Below, in pieces: positions 1 to 10,732 of a DNA stretch of 64,000 nt. The DNA lies in sequence record NC_094493.1; one strand, given 5' to 3'. The notes below the pieces were generated by a model. That model saw nothing but the letters and a program-made list of their open reading frames with translations. It did no database searches and was not told the origin of the DNA. The translations under genes and the position numbers were made by a program. The DNA is from a phage. The stretch's first letter is position 1; each line of letters opens with the position of its first letter.

Positions 1-5
1 GGGAT

Positions 6-932
6 ATGACACAAAGAGTGGCATGTGAAGTTGTTAACTTTGAACTTCACACGCTTTCTGCGTGGTTAAAGCATCTAACAGAAGATGTTGTCCCAGGATG
101 GGATAATAGATTCTTAAGGGTTACTAATAATCTAGCAGACGTTCCAGACAAAGCTGCTGCACGTCAAGTTCTCAATGTATACTCGCCTGAAGAAATGGAC
201 GATCTGTATGTTGACAAGTCTGGAGACATAATGACTCAGACTCAAACTTTGGGCCTTCAAAGAATCGAGTTTGCATCTGCGTCAACAGACAATGCGGCAA
301 TATATACCACCATAACCTCAGACAAGACGATGATGGATTTCTGGATTATGGACAACATTGGTGGTGCTGACGGCACAGATCTTGATGATCCTTCTCACCA
401 AATAGACGGGTTCCGTTGGAGATTTCAGCCTTCTGGTTGGCAGCCTGTGTTTTCGGCTATGAAGCTCAATGCTATAACTGCCAACCGTGCAAGACTGGCT
501 ATCCAAGGAAATCTTGAATGCAACGATGCAAAAAGTTCCTCTGCAAATGCCAATGCGGTCACGATACCAAGAGCCACTGTTAACGGACAACAATCCTGCG
601 GAAGCGCTCAAATAGGTGGAAGAGTTGATTGTAACGATGAAACCGTTAGAGGCCAATATGCAACAGTTGGTGGAAGAAACGTGGTCCGCAGGGTAAATGG
701 TAACAGCGCAGACGGTAGTGGTAACCTTACTATCCCTATGCCTAGTAGAGGGGTTGACGATGTAAGGATAGCAAACCGTTTCAAAACCACCTACAGAGAG
801 TCAAGAGTCTACCCTGGACATGTGATGTGCTCTGGTAACTACGCTTATAAACACCCTTATCAAGGTGATTACTGGACAGGTGCTATCCAAAAACTTGTAA
901 ACGGTCAATGGATCACTATATCTTATGCTTAA
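6..932 (+). CDS. hypothetical protein, probably virion/tail-associated
   Basis: 308-aa ORF, ATG at 6 (upstream context outside window, so true start unverifiable); G/N/T/S-rich beta-type composition; first gene of a co-oriented structural block. Confidence 0.5.
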   Translation: MTQRVACEVVNFELHTLSAWLKHLTEDVVPGWDNRFLRVTNNLADVPDKAAARQVLNVYSPEEMDDLYVDKSGDIMTQTQTLGLQRIEFASASTDNAAIYTTITSDKTMMDFWIMDNIGGADGTDLDDPSHQIDGFRWRFQPSGWQPVFSAMKLNAITANRARLAIQGNLECNDAKSSSANANAVTIPRATVNGQQSCGSAQIGGRVDCNDETVRGQYATVGGRNVVRRVNGNSADGSGNLTIPMPSRGVDDVRIANRFKTTYRESRVYPGHVMCSGNYAYKHPYQGDYWTGAIQKLVNGQWITISYA

Positions 933-943
933 AAAGAGGGTAA

Positions 944-1210
944 ATGAAACTAACTCAGTTTTTATGGGGATTGGTTGCGGCATCTGATGACCCTACGAAA
1001 GTGTCCCAATCTAAGCTATGGTCGAACATAGGCATGGCGGTAATGACTGGGGTGTTTATTCATATGGGGTATAATGATACGCTTCCTGAATGGTATGCGT
1101 GGATATACGCGCCTTCGGTAGCTTGCCCCCAGCTTATTAGCAAATTCATCTCGCTCCGGTGGGGTTGCCAGCACCCTGACCACGTTAAAAACGAAGAGCA
1201 AAAAGCTTAA
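944..1210 (+). CDS. hypothetical protein (88 aa)
   Basis: ATG preceded by AGAGGG RBS; lies between two structural-type genes. Confidence 0.5.
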   Translation: MKLTQFLWGLVAASDDPTKVSQSKLWSNIGMAVMTGVFIHMGYNDTLPEWYAWIYAPSVACPQLISKFISLRWGCQHPDHVKNEEQKA

Positions 1211-1219
1211 GGAGAAATC

Positions 1220-2965
1220 ATGGCGCAAGACATGACAAGCTTTGAGCAGGCGGTAGATCAAGTAATTGTTGATTCTGAACGTTTGCACCTGATTGTCAAC
1301 GGTAACGCTGTGGATGAAGTTGTCGTAGAGGATGGGACCACCATCCCTACGGTACGAAAAGCCATGCTTGACACCCTTTATTTTAAAACGCCACCGATCC
1401 CTTGGGCGTATGGTGCATCCACAACAGTTTTTAACCAGCTGTATGAGTTTAAAGGGGATACAGGCCCTCAGTGGTGGTACGCTCCCGCAGCATCAAAATC
1501 TAACCCGGTTAGAATGCCAGCAGATCCTTCACAATCTCCAAACTGGAGATTATACACCGACTCTGCAGTAATGGCAAAATACTACGCAAAACTTAACAGC
1601 CCAAGGTTCGAAGGTGACCCGCGAGTACCTACACCTCCAATGGACGATAAGTCAGAGTCCATAGCAAACACAGAATTTGTTGTTGACTATGTTGATAGCA
1701 TATTTGAAGCCATGGAGGGGATGAAAGTTACTGTAGGGTCTTTGGTGGTAAAAGGTCTTACAGAACTCGCCAACACCATAGTTGGGGGCACCCTTACCTT
1801 ACATGGACCTGTTAATGGAGCAGATTCTACTGCACGCTTCAGGAACCTAATCCTCACGGCAAATACTTCTACACTTACTTTTGCGTGGAGCGATCCTAAG
1901 CATACAGACTGGAGAAGCACAGAGCTGCAACCTCATGAAGTGTCCACCCACAGGGTTATAGCTGACACTATAACTTCTGGGAAACCAGTGGCTAATAATA
2001 ACGATGTACATTTTGATGGTCTGGGTAATAACTTTTTTGACTACGTGTACATTCGTGGTAATGCCATGAAGGCAGCAACCGAACCGACATTGCAGGTCGA
2101 TGGGACCACCAGGGTTAAGAACCTTGAGGTGACAGGTACCGTTACAGGGATAACCTACTCTGTCGATGGCACCATGATCTACCCTAGCTATATTGAAAGC
2201 ACGGGTGATGCATTGATAAATGGCGATTTGGAGGTTGGCGGGTCTGTAGTTATTCGAGGTACAGCCTCTATCCAAAATATAGCTCTGAATACTCTAAGAG
2301 TCAATGAGCGTGCAACTTTTGAAGGAGAAGGGCTTACAGCTAATAAAGGTACAATTACCGAGCTGACAACCACCACTTTAACTGCAACAACTGCAAACTC
2401 TGAAAACTGCAACGTTACCAGAAACTTGCAGGTAAATGGAGATGTTAGTTTAAACGCAGCAGGGACGGGAACCACCTACCTTCACAACCTTGAAATATCC
2501 GGCACAGTGACTGGGTGGCTGCCAGACTTCTCTAATGTCAACTTTGTTTGTAATGGCATCAACTCCAGTGGTAAGATAACCACCTCTCAAGAAATTGAGG
2601 CGGGTAAAACCATTACTGCCCCTACTTTCCACGCAGGAAAGGTAGATTTTGATTTAGAGGAGGTTGACGCGTCCAGTGGGACATGGACACCTAACGGACA
2701 GGCCAGTATGTATGTTGTCCACGCTAAAGGGGATTTTACAATAGGTCAGTGGCCTGGGACATCAGCGGAAGATAAACCTTATCCATTCACTGCAGTTATC
2801 TATGTAATTCAGGATGCTGTAGGTCACAACGTGACTTTGCACGATAAGTATGCTATCCTGTCGGCAACACCTGTTATTAACAACAAGGCTAACAGTGTTA
2901 CCCTGCTGCAATTAACATATTGTGGTGTTGGTGATATCGTAGACGTAGTAATTGCACAACGTTAA
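1220..2965 (+). CDS. tail fibre-like protein
   Basis: 581-aa ORF with AAGGAG RBS; T/G/N/V-rich with reiterated TLT/TGT-type beta-strand motifs typical of fibre proteins; product is inferred. Confidence 0.6.
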   Translation: MAQDMTSFEQAVDQVIVDSERLHLIVNGNAVDEVVVEDGTTIPTVRKAMLDTLYFKTPPIPWAYGASTTVFNQLYEFKGDTGPQWWYAPAASKSNPVRMPADPSQSPNWRLYTDSAVMAKYYAKLNSPRFEGDPRVPTPPMDDKSESIANTEFVVDYVDSIFEAMEGMKVTVGSLVVKGLTELANTIVGGTLTLHGPVNGADSTARFRNLILTANTSTLTFAWSDPKHTDWRSTELQPHEVSTHRVIADTITSGKPVANNNDVHFDGLGNNFFDYVYIRGNAMKAATEPTLQVDGTTRVKNLEVTGTVTGITYSVDGTMIYPSYIESTGDALINGDLEVGGSVVIRGTASIQNIALNTLRVNERATFEGEGLTANKGTITELTTTTLTATTANSENCNVTRNLQVNGDVSLNAAGTGTTYLHNLEISGTVTGWLPDFSNVNFVCNGINSSGKITTSQEIEAGKTITAPTFHAGKVDFDLEEVDASSGTWTPNGQASMYVVHAKGDFTIGQWPGTSAEDKPYPFTAVIYVIQDAVGHNVTLHDKYAILSATPVINNKANSVTLLQLTYCGVGDIVDVVIAQR

Positions 2966-2972
2966 TATATCT

Positions 2973-2999
2973 AACCGCTCCTGACGGGGCGGTTTTCTT
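2973..2999 (+). terminator. putative intrinsic terminator
   Basis: GC hairpin CCGCTCC/GGGGCGG followed by TTTTCTT, immediately after the stop at 2965. Confidence 0.5.
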
Positions 3000-3013
3000 A
3001 TCTGGAGAACACA

Positions 3014-6000
3014 ATGCTTCCAATCCCTTTGCTAAAACTTGGTCGTCATTTCCTCGATAAGAGGGGTGGAATTAAGGAACTTGCTGTTCTGTCATACCCA
3101 ATAGACAACAGTGATGGTACAAGCAACACAGTATCCTATGTAAATAGCTTAGCTATACTTTTTGATGATGGTCAGCTTAATATTACTGGCTATAATAGGT
3201 TCGGAGAGTGTCGGACTGGAGATCTTGATACAATAAACTATCCTAATGAGGCAGCTTGGAACGTAGACCATGTTTGGAGAGCTGACCGTGCATTTGTAAT
3301 CCGCACATTCGATAATAAATTTTTCTATATTGGTTGCACAGCTGGTCTTATCGGATCGGAGGCAGCAGGTGGAAACGATGTTTGTGTCAGAGAGTGGACA
3401 CCTTTGCCGGAACAGATCGTAACAGGGTTGCATTTGGACACCCATCCTGAGAGACTTGTTGAAGTAATGGGTGGCGTAAACAATACAGTGTGGGTAATTG
3501 CTGCACCAGAGGCTGATGGTATGCTTCACCTGTACGGCTCTGGCAACAATACTTACGGCTCTCTTCATGTTGACAAAAATCAGCATGCAACCCCTGTAAA
3601 GATTGGTGAGACATCGGAAAATCCTGAAACAGGTCCTTGGAAAAACCCAAGCATCAACTGCGAGGTGCATGACAACTCTGTTATTTTCGGTGGTCCTAGA
3701 GGTTTCTGGATTGCTGGATACGACTTTCTGAGAAATAACAGTAGAAACGACCTTGTTTGGCCTCCTGTGCAGATTACTCGTAACGATTTGAGGGGCATTC
3801 CTGCAGATGAGGAGTGGAAAGGGTTTATGTGCGGTCCTAACGGGGCAATAATTGCCACACAGAGGATGCATAGACCCGATGACCAGCAGCTTGTTAACGT
3901 ATTTTATGGTCAAAACATTTGGGGAGATGATACATGGCGGGAACTGAATATCACCTACACCCATGAGGTAATAATGGCTCGTGGGTACGGCACAAGTGGC
4001 ATTTTCTTCAATAATGGCACCAAGCAGTATCGTGGATTCTCTCGCAACTTGTGTAATGATATTGGTGCACAATCTGCAAACAATAGTCCTAGGTCCGATT
4101 TTATCCACTATCAAGCTCTTGCTACAGCTAAATATGTTGAGCAACGCCTGCCAGTTAGCTGGACAGAGAGTGTTTATTTCCAAGGCATCCATAGAGAAGG
4201 TTTCTTAGGGACCTTTACTGTTGTTAATGGTAAACTTTGGTGGTCAGGCATCCCAAGGGGAAGTTTTGCAGGCTCTAACAACCTGTTTGGAGGCAGACTT
4301 AATAGCCAGGGGTTCACAGAGATTCCGGAGAATTGGTATAAAAATGTCCCGGTAGATAGCTGGGGTATCGAAGACATCTTTGATGTCAATGGTGTGAGCA
4401 ATGTTAGCAACATTTACATCGGAGATACTGTCAAGATGAAATTGAAACCTCAGCCGGAGGGTGCTACGTTCATTATTGACAAGATTGAGTTGGTAAATGC
4501 TACAGGCACTGTTGTTACAGATGCAAACTATCAGTTCTCCACTAACTGGAACCATGGTGGTGCTAACGAAGTTGTGGTCACCCAGTATAACCGTAACATC
4601 AACAGACGTGGTTTGTATTCTATCAAGATCACCTACCATGACAAGCATGGCACTGGAAGAACCTATACGACAAGGACTTTGAACTGGAACACTATAGTTC
4701 CTGCGTATCCGTCCAACGGCAAGTGGCATACCGTTGGTAGAAACAAGCAGTTCCATGTTAACGATACTGTATACTTTGGGCTGAATGGGACCCAGCCTGC
4801 AGTAGAAGGGGATACATCGTATATGGTCAGACTCCACAGAATGGATGCTGGATCAGTCACTTATGATGTGACCCAAGAGATCTACGATCAAAGACGCGCC
4901 ACGTATGACAATATTGTAAAAACACAAGCCTTGTGGGAGTTCAATCCTAATGGCAAGGGTGGTAAAATGTTGCAGGTTAATGAGCAGAACGGAACGTCGT
5001 TGACTGTCCACGAACACCAAGACCCTTGGCCTGATCCTGGAAAACCTCACCCTGGCGCTCGTACACTGAAAATTGTCAGCCATGATGTAGGATATTTCGG
5101 AATACGCTGGGAAGCTACAGTAAGATATGCCGACGGGACAACAAACAACATAGGGATCACTCTTGGTGGCACTAGTGAGGATAACTCACTGAAAATTGCC
5201 TACACTCCTAGAGGCATCTCTATTGACAATATGGATGTTGTTCGCAACGGTTACGGCGATGTGAATGTCAAAGTTACTCTTGGCGAACATCTTGGTGGGG
5301 AAAGGATCATCATGTATGCCTTTGATCATGATCCGCGCACCAATGGGACTTATGCAAATCAGGCATGGAGTTACCTGATAAATGCACCTGAGCCAAATAC
5401 TAAAGAGTTCTACTATGGTATGAAGCGAGATGTGTGCAAGAAAACAGGAACACATGATTGGATTGCTATCTGCGTTAAAGATGAGCGCACAGCTTGGGAT
5501 GAGCCTGTTAACAGATGGTTCATAGGTATTCCTACCAGAAGTGATAAGTATGTCGCAGAATATATTGTATGCATGGGCGGTACCAACCTAAACATGTGTT
5601 GGAACGAAGATGTAAACAAATACTCTGATTATGACTATATGAGGGATTACTCTTGTAATTTGTGGTTTAACCAAACTACAGGTTACCCTCCGCGTCAGGC
5701 AAGGGTAAATCCTGCAATCTTTACAGATACGCAGGTTTTCTTGACAAAACAGGCCAACGAGGTCCAGACCTTCAAGAACAAATACGACCCTAATAAGTGG
5801 TTCTATAACTGCTATGGGGCATTTTTCTGGGGACCTGGAGAATTACCTGGTGGTGGCTCTTGTTTTGAGGCTGCAACTTACGCCAGTGACAGATTTATGG
5901 GCCAGGTCAAGAAATACAAGATAATTCCAGGGCCTGAAACTTTAGGTAACGCTGTCGACCCCTATATCATCATGAGTGATCTAAGATCGAACATGGATGG

Positions 6001-8641
6001 AACATCCATATCTATGCAAGTTCCGGTAACAAACGGATACAAGCGTGTTGTGATGATCATTAAGTGCGATCTGATAGGTAAGCAAGTTCTTGCAGAGAAC
6101 GGAACTTCCACCCACCTATTTGAGACTGCTCTGCACTATCAGTTTGCTGATTCACCTTTTGCAGGGGATAAGAGAATATCTGACACAGACGCTGTGCGAT
6201 GCAAGAAATTTATGCTAGGTGGCGGGTGGTGGTGGTATGAATTTGACTTAACAGACAAATTCACCGACACATCTAAAGTGGTGACAGGACTTCGTCTAGA
6301 CCTGGGTGAGAACATGCATAAAAGTGTTTGTGATGGCACCTACGGTGATCCTACGGTATACTTGAAGTATGTTTCTTTTGAGCACCCTGAAGATGTTGTT
6401 TATGGTCCAAAACTGAGGCTGTTTGGCAATTGGATTGCTAAAGACAGAGAAGGGATGGGTAGGAAGGTAAGAGGCTTCCTGGTCGATGCTGGCACAGAGG
6501 ATATGCTGGTGAATGCGGTGTGGCCTGAATTACCGGGAACTCAGTGGGACAATTCTGCTAAGTCTATAAACTGGTTCAATATCCACAGAGCTATGTGGGC
6601 AACTAACTGCTATCTGTGGAAAGAGTTGAATGACGGCGCTTTCGGGTTTACTGGTGGCAGAAGAATGGCAATCATTTGCTGGACAACGCTGCAGAGATGT
6701 TATGACCATGACTATGAGATTGGAGGCAGGGCATGGAAAAATATAAGGGATAGAATCATAACTAACTTTGCAGATCCTAACGGTGGCGGGGCGTATGGTT
6801 TCGACTGCAGCAGACTTATCCATTTGAACGGATCTTCGGCCTACAAGAAAGAAGGTTACTCTGGGTCTATGATAGAATGGGGTCTGGTGAAAGATGCTCG
6901 CGTGCTGATGGGTCAACAACTTGCTGCTGCAATAGGTCCTAATGCAGTGCAATCTGTTAAACCTGCGTGGTTTGATATCCCATTGTGGTCATCCGGTACA
7001 CCAGGAACTGCTGCAATCAACCCGACCACGGGGGATCTGGAAATCTCTTGGGAGGACTTGAAGCAGGTCGGTGGTTGGGATAAAACAGGGTATCAGGTTC
7101 AGTGGTGGAGACCTGATGGATCTTTAGCTGCTGATGAGTTTGTTAAGGACAATTTCTACACTATGTCCTCTGCAAAAGCACAGCAATTATTTGGTCAGGC
7201 CACTCCGTCAACGATCACCATGTCTATGTGCTGTAAAGACAACAGGACTGGAGCTTTGGGGCCAAGGGTTGCTAAGGTTTTCTCAGGTATTAAATGGAAT
7301 CTTCCTGTTCAAAGTGTTTCATGGAAGCAAATAGGTGATAACAAGCTGCTGGTTACCCCTGCCTGTCAGTTCAACGCAACTCTTAACGTTGATCCTGCTG
7401 TTGCGGCAAACTCAGCTAAAGCTTCTGACTTCTCTGTGTCTAACACTGCTATGGCAGATGTGAGGAAGATTGACACGCTGAACGCCAGAATTACCTGTAA
7501 AAACACTTATGGCACATTCCAAATCATCAACAACTTCACAGATGCTGATTCTAAGGTAGTGAGGACAGCAAGCCAGACTCTGAGTTTAGGAACTCTGGCC
7601 TATGCGGCCCTGATCACCGAGCAGTCGGCAACACTCCAAGGAGGTGGTGTAGGCAAGTCCATCGCAACACCTGTGTGGAAGCCAAATGAGTGGGTTGTGT
7701 TTGATTTGACTGTTGACTTCTCTAGCGATAATAACTGGACGTGGGTAAGGAATTGCTTACCTCAGTTGATGGGTGGTCCAAGCTCTGTCAGCGATAGCCA
7801 CGATTCTACTGACCCCAGCGTGTTCCAGATTGGTAAAACTCACCCAGAGACTGGAGAAACGTTGCCTGACAGGAAGTATGCGTTGGTTTGCATCTCTTAC
7901 GGGAAGGCAGATGTCACATTCTCAGGGACACACACTTATAACGGAACTTACAACTTCTCAAGGAAGTATAGTCTCAAAGCAGGGAACATTATAGACGAGG
8001 TCGGTGTGCTGTATAATCCGGGCAACGGCATAGGGATTGTGGGCGGTAAACTGCAGATGCAGGAACCTTCTATCACCCCTTCCAACGTATCCGGGATTAG
8101 AAAGACTTGGGAAAGTAGTAATACCAACATTGCAACAGTGGATGCCACCACAGGGCTGGTAACATTTAAAGCTACTGGGAATGTCACCATAAAGTTTGTA
8201 GTTAGAGATGATGCAGGCCGCAAAACGTCTTCAACATCGTTTACTGTCAGACAGATGGCACCTCAGTGGTTTATTTGGGAAGGAAATCCTCTTGACGGGG
8301 CTTACCCTAGACCTGCAGGAACGTCCAATATGAGGGTCTTTACCGGTCCGGTCATGGACAATCCGACCACAACCACCAACCCTACATTTTTCGGTGCTTA
8401 CATACCTGAAATTATTGGCCTACCAAGGAACCAGATACAACTGCTTTTCGGAGCAGGTGTTGATGGCCTAGCAACTTTTGGGTACAGTGACAACATTGAT
8501 GCAGCCAGAAGCTCGGGTTGGATTGGATTTAAGTTTCAGTGGAACCCTGGTGGTAGAACATTAGGTGTTGCAAGCATAGGTGTTATGCTACCTGGTAACC
8601 AGCAATACCATCTCGAAGCTTATACAAACTTCCCTAGTTAA
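3014..8641 (+). CDS. giant virion structural protein (putative adhesin/fibre) with Ig-like Big_2-type domain
   Basis: Uninterrupted 1875-aa ORF with GGAGA RBS; beta-rich W/G/N/T composition; Big_2-like segment IRKTWESSNTNIATVDATTGLVTFKATGNVTIKFVVRDDAG near the C-terminus. Confidence 0.85.
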   Translation: MLPIPLLKLGRHFLDKRGGIKELAVLSYPIDNSDGTSNTVSYVNSLAILFDDGQLNITGYNRFGECRTGDLDTINYPNEAAWNVDHVWRADRAFVIRTFDNKFFYIGCTAGLIGSEAAGGNDVCVREWTPLPEQIVTGLHLDTHPERLVEVMGGVNNTVWVIAAPEADGMLHLYGSGNNTYGSLHVDKNQHATPVKIGETSENPETGPWKNPSINCEVHDNSVIFGGPRGFWIAGYDFLRNNSRNDLVWPPVQITRNDLRGIPADEEWKGFMCGPNGAIIATQRMHRPDDQQLVNVFYGQNIWGDDTWRELNITYTHEVIMARGYGTSGIFFNNGTKQYRGFSRNLCNDIGAQSANNSPRSDFIHYQALATAKYVEQRLPVSWTESVYFQGIHREGFLGTFTVVNGKLWWSGIPRGSFAGSNNLFGGRLNSQGFTEIPENWYKNVPVDSWGIEDIFDVNGVSNVSNIYIGDTVKMKLKPQPEGATFIIDKIELVNATGTVVTDANYQFSTNWNHGGANEVVVTQYNRNINRRGLYSIKITYHDKHGTGRTYTTRTLNWNTIVPAYPSNGKWHTVGRNKQFHVNDTVYFGLNGTQPAVEGDTSYMVRLHRMDAGSVTYDVTQEIYDQRRATYDNIVKTQALWEFNPNGKGGKMLQVNEQNGTSLTVHEHQDPWPDPGKPHPGARTLKIVSHDVGYFGIRWEATVRYADGTTNNIGITLGGTSEDNSLKIAYTPRGISIDNMDVVRNGYGDVNVKVTLGEHLGGERIIMYAFDHDPRTNGTYANQAWSYLINAPEPNTKEFYYGMKRDVCKKTGTHDWIAICVKDERTAWDEPVNRWFIGIPTRSDKYVAEYIVCMGGTNLNMCWNEDVNKYSDYDYMRDYSCNLWFNQTTGYPPRQARVNPAIFTDTQVFLTKQANEVQTFKNKYDPNKWFYNCYGAFFWGPGELPGGGSCFEAATYASDRFMGQVKKYKIIPGPETLGNAVDPYIIMSDLRSNMDGTSISMQVPVTNGYKRVVMIIKCDLIGKQVLAENGTSTHLFETALHYQFADSPFAGDKRISDTDAVRCKKFMLGGGWWWYEFDLTDKFTDTSKVVTGLRLDLGENMHKSVCDGTYGDPTVYLKYVSFEHPEDVVYGPKLRLFGNWIAKDREGMGRKVRGFLVDAGTEDMLVNAVWPELPGTQWDNSAKSINWFNIHRAMWATNCYLWKELNDGAFGFTGGRRMAIICWTTLQRCYDHDYEIGGRAWKNIRDRIITNFADPNGGGAYGFDCSRLIHLNGSSAYKKEGYSGSMIEWGLVKDARVLMGQQLAAAIGPNAVQSVKPAWFDIPLWSSGTPGTAAINPTTGDLEISWEDLKQVGGWDKTGYQVQWWRPDGSLAADEFVKDNFYTMSSAKAQQLFGQATPSTITMSMCCKDNRTGALGPRVAKVFSGIKWNLPVQSVSWKQIGDNKLLVTPACQFNATLNVDPAVAANSAKASDFSVSNTAMADVRKIDTLNARITCKNTYGTFQIINNFTDADSKVVRTASQTLSLGTLAYAALITEQSATLQGGGVGKSIATPVWKPNEWVVFDLTVDFSSDNNWTWVRNCLPQLMGGPSSVSDSHDSTDPSVFQIGKTHPETGETLPDRKYALVCISYGKADVTFSGTHTYNGTYNFSRKYSLKAGNIIDEVGVLYNPGNGIGIVGGKLQMQEPSITPSNVSGIRKTWESSNTNIATVDATTGLVTFKATGNVTIKFVVRDDAGRKTSSTSFTVRQMAPQWFIWEGNPLDGAYPRPAGTSNMRVFTGPVMDNPTTTTNPTFFGAYIPEIIGLPRNQIQLLFGAGVDGLATFGYSDNIDAARSSGWIGFKFQWNPGGRTLGVASIGVMLPGNQQYHLEAYTNFPS

Positions 8642-8654
8642 CAGGAGGCAAATA

Positions 8655-8683
8655 AAAAGGGGCCAGACGGCCCCTTTCTTTTT
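8655..8683. terminator. bidirectional intrinsic terminator between convergent genes
   Basis: AAAAAGGGGCCagacGGCCCCTTTCTTTTT: GC stem flanked by an A-run and a T-run, between the plus-strand stop at 8641 and the minus-strand gene ending at 8688. Confidence 0.65.
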
Positions 8684-8687
8684 ATAA

Positions 8688-8888
8688 TTAGTAATATTCC
8701 CAACACGACCCATCTTCAGACGGCTGGACACGCTTACCTTCATGATCGACATAGGTGTAACCACAGCCTTCACAAATAACAGGTGCTGCATAGCCTTCCT
8801 TCCACTGACCCTCAGTGATCAATCCTTTCAGATCTCCGCAGTCACGACCAAACAACTCTTCAGAACAGTCTTTACAAAAATCAGCCAT
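8688..8888 (-). CDS. small zinc-ribbon-like protein
   Basis: 66-aa ORF with CxxC...CxxC cysteine pairs (CKDC...CEGC); last gene of the minus-strand block. Confidence 0.55.
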   Translation of the reverse strand: MADFCKDCSEELFGRDCGDLKGLITEGQWKEGYAAPVICEGCGYTYVDHEGKRVQPSEDGSCWEYY

Positions 8889-8957
8889 CTCTATCAGTCT
8901 CCATATTTAACCAATCTATATTACATATTGCCGAAGAAACAGTATTTCATTTCATCA

Positions 8958-9176
8958 TCACAGATCTCCAACAACTTCCCAAATACCCCAGTGAGCATCT
9001 ATATCCTTGATAAAGTATCTTTCTCCACGGTTTGTCCACACACCTATCCCAACTTTACCATCTATCCCATTGTATACATCTGCCTCATACTCTTTGCCCG
9101 GTGTAAAGTGTACACCCATCATAAGGGCTGTTATTCCATTAGGATTTTTAAATTTAACAAATTTTACTTTGCTCAT
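8958..9176 (-). CDS. hypothetical protein (72 aa)
   Basis: Co-oriented ORF abutting the next gene (9176/9178). Confidence 0.5.
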   Translation of the reverse strand: MSKVKFVKFKNPNGITALMMGVHFTPGKEYEADVYNGIDGKVGIGVWTNRGERYFIKDIDAHWGIWEVVGDL

Positions 9177-9177
9177 A

Positions 9178-9507
9178 TTACTTAACCCTTGCAGTTACAG
9201 TAGCGCTATACCCCATGTAGTTATGAGACATAAAGAATGTAAGCCCTTTAAGTTCAGGATTCTTTCTAAGAAATCGTTTCAATTTTCGAATGCAATTAAC
9301 ACCATGATCATAGTTTGAGAAATTAAATTTAATACCCTGCTCCATCATAGTGCACACTTCTTCATGGGTATGCCATTGTCTATCGTGGTCACAAAACCAG
9401 TAACCAATACCTTCTTTTTCTTGGATATGCAATCCCCAAAATACTTTATGCATTGGATATTTTGGTTTTCTACCATGATAATGTAGTTTAATATTCACAT
9501 GTGCCAT
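9178..9507 (-). CDS. hypothetical protein (109 aa)
   Basis: Co-oriented ORF in a tightly packed minus-strand block. Confidence 0.5.
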   Translation of the reverse strand: MAHVNIKLHYHGRKPKYPMHKVFWGLHIQEKEGIGYWFCDHDRQWHTHEEVCTMMEQGIKFNFSNYDHGVNCIRKLKRFLRKNPELKGLTFFMSHNYMGYSATVTARVK

Positions 9508-9674
9508 TTTTTGTTACTCCGTTCTGTATCTGTGATAATGAGAATAGCAAACTGGGGTGTGTGCTGTCAACAACATTTTTAAGCGTTTTGGGGAAGTTTT
9601 TGAAAGGTGGGTGTAATCACAAGAGAGGGTGGAGTTATTGAAGGCACAGGCCTCTTTTGAGGCCTTAAAATCGA

Positions 9675-10055
9675 TTATGACACTTTGACGTAGCGCTCTG
9701 ACAGAGCTGGAAAGCCAAAAGCAGTACCTATACTACCGTATGCTACCCACCATTGAAGTTCATCGTGACACCATTTTCCGATCAGGAAGGTGCTGGGGTA
9801 GCGGGTCAGTATTTTGGCATAAGCTTTAGGGTCTGCATCTTCTGGGATAATGATACTTGGAACATCTTTGTTATGACCACAGCAGCAGTTTAGAGTTTTC
9901 AATCCTGCCGCCCATAGACTCATGATAGGCTTAGCCATGCACTTATCAAGGCACACACGTTTTTTGCCGTCACGGAGCTTTTTAGGCACATCAACGATAA
10001 CATTTTGATGCTTGGCACCTTTCACTTTCCAATTATAGGATTTACACTTGCACAT
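9675..10055 (-). CDS. hypothetical Cys-rich protein (126 aa)
   Basis: ORF with clustered cysteines (CKCK, CLDKC, NCCCGH), possibly metal-binding. Confidence 0.5.
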   Translation of the reverse strand: MCKCKSYNWKVKGAKHQNVIVDVPKKLRDGKKRVCLDKCMAKPIMSLWAAGLKTLNCCCGHNKDVPSIIIPEDADPKAYAKILTRYPSTFLIGKWCHDELQWWVAYGSIGTAFGFPALSERYVKVS

Positions 10056-10261
10056 TTAATCAGTCTCCATCTAGAAAGCAATACTTTACTTAAAATCTTT
10101 GTCACCTATTACGATTGCACGAATCCACTCATTGTGATGTTCAATGGCGGTAAGGTGTAACATAATGCAGTGATTGTCATTACCAAACACGGTGCGGTAA
10201 GCTTTAGCAGCACCATGATATAACTTCCACATCAGGTGATGATATCTTCGCCTCATGGCTC

Positions 10262-10732
10262 TTACTCCGGTTCAGGATCTGGGTAATCTTCAATAATAAA
10301 TGGCCATCCGTTCCGCTTAGCTTCAGACTTATACTCGATCTCCTTCATTGCAAACTCTAACTGATTTTTAGCCGGAATACATGCCGGAGAATCATCAATC
10401 CAGATATCTGGGTAGATATCAAACTGCGCCAGATAGGCTGCCTTCTGAACACCTCCAGTATAAAACACGCCAACATCAAGCTCCTTGCGCCAATACTCAA
10501 TGTCTACATTGTCTTGAGTAATGAATCGGAAAGTCACAAGGTAGACTGTCCACCCCTCCTTCTTCAGATCCCTGATCAGGCGGGAGAAGATGAAAGGGCT
10601 CGCATTAAACGTTCCATCAAAGTCAATGGCAATGATGTGCGTGCCGTGGCGAGTCTCATATGGATTGCTTGTGGTAAGATTGCTGTAGTTAAAAGGGACC
10701 TCTTCCCCGCAGTAGCTGTAGTCCATATTCAC
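10262..10732 (-). CDS. HAD-superfamily phosphatase-like protein (possible nucleotidase)
   Basis: HAD motif I-like IAIDFDGTF and a late WIDDSP acidic motif; 156 aa. Confidence 0.5.
   Translation of the reverse strand: MNMDYSYCGEEVPFNYSNLTTSNPYETRHGTHIIAIDFDGTFNASPFIFSRLIRDLKKEGWTVYLVTFRFITQDNVDIEYWRKELDVGVFYTGGVQKAAYLAQFDIYPDIWIDDSPACIPAKNQLEFAMKEIEYKSEAKRNGWPFIIEDYPDPEPE

Noticed and set aside
3149-8223. Minus-strand ORFs such as 3149..4192 and 6530..6952 inside the 1875-aa gene
   Set aside because: Fully embedded antisense within a long uninterrupted plus-strand ORF; Cys/Ser-rich low-complexity translations typical of chance antisense frames.
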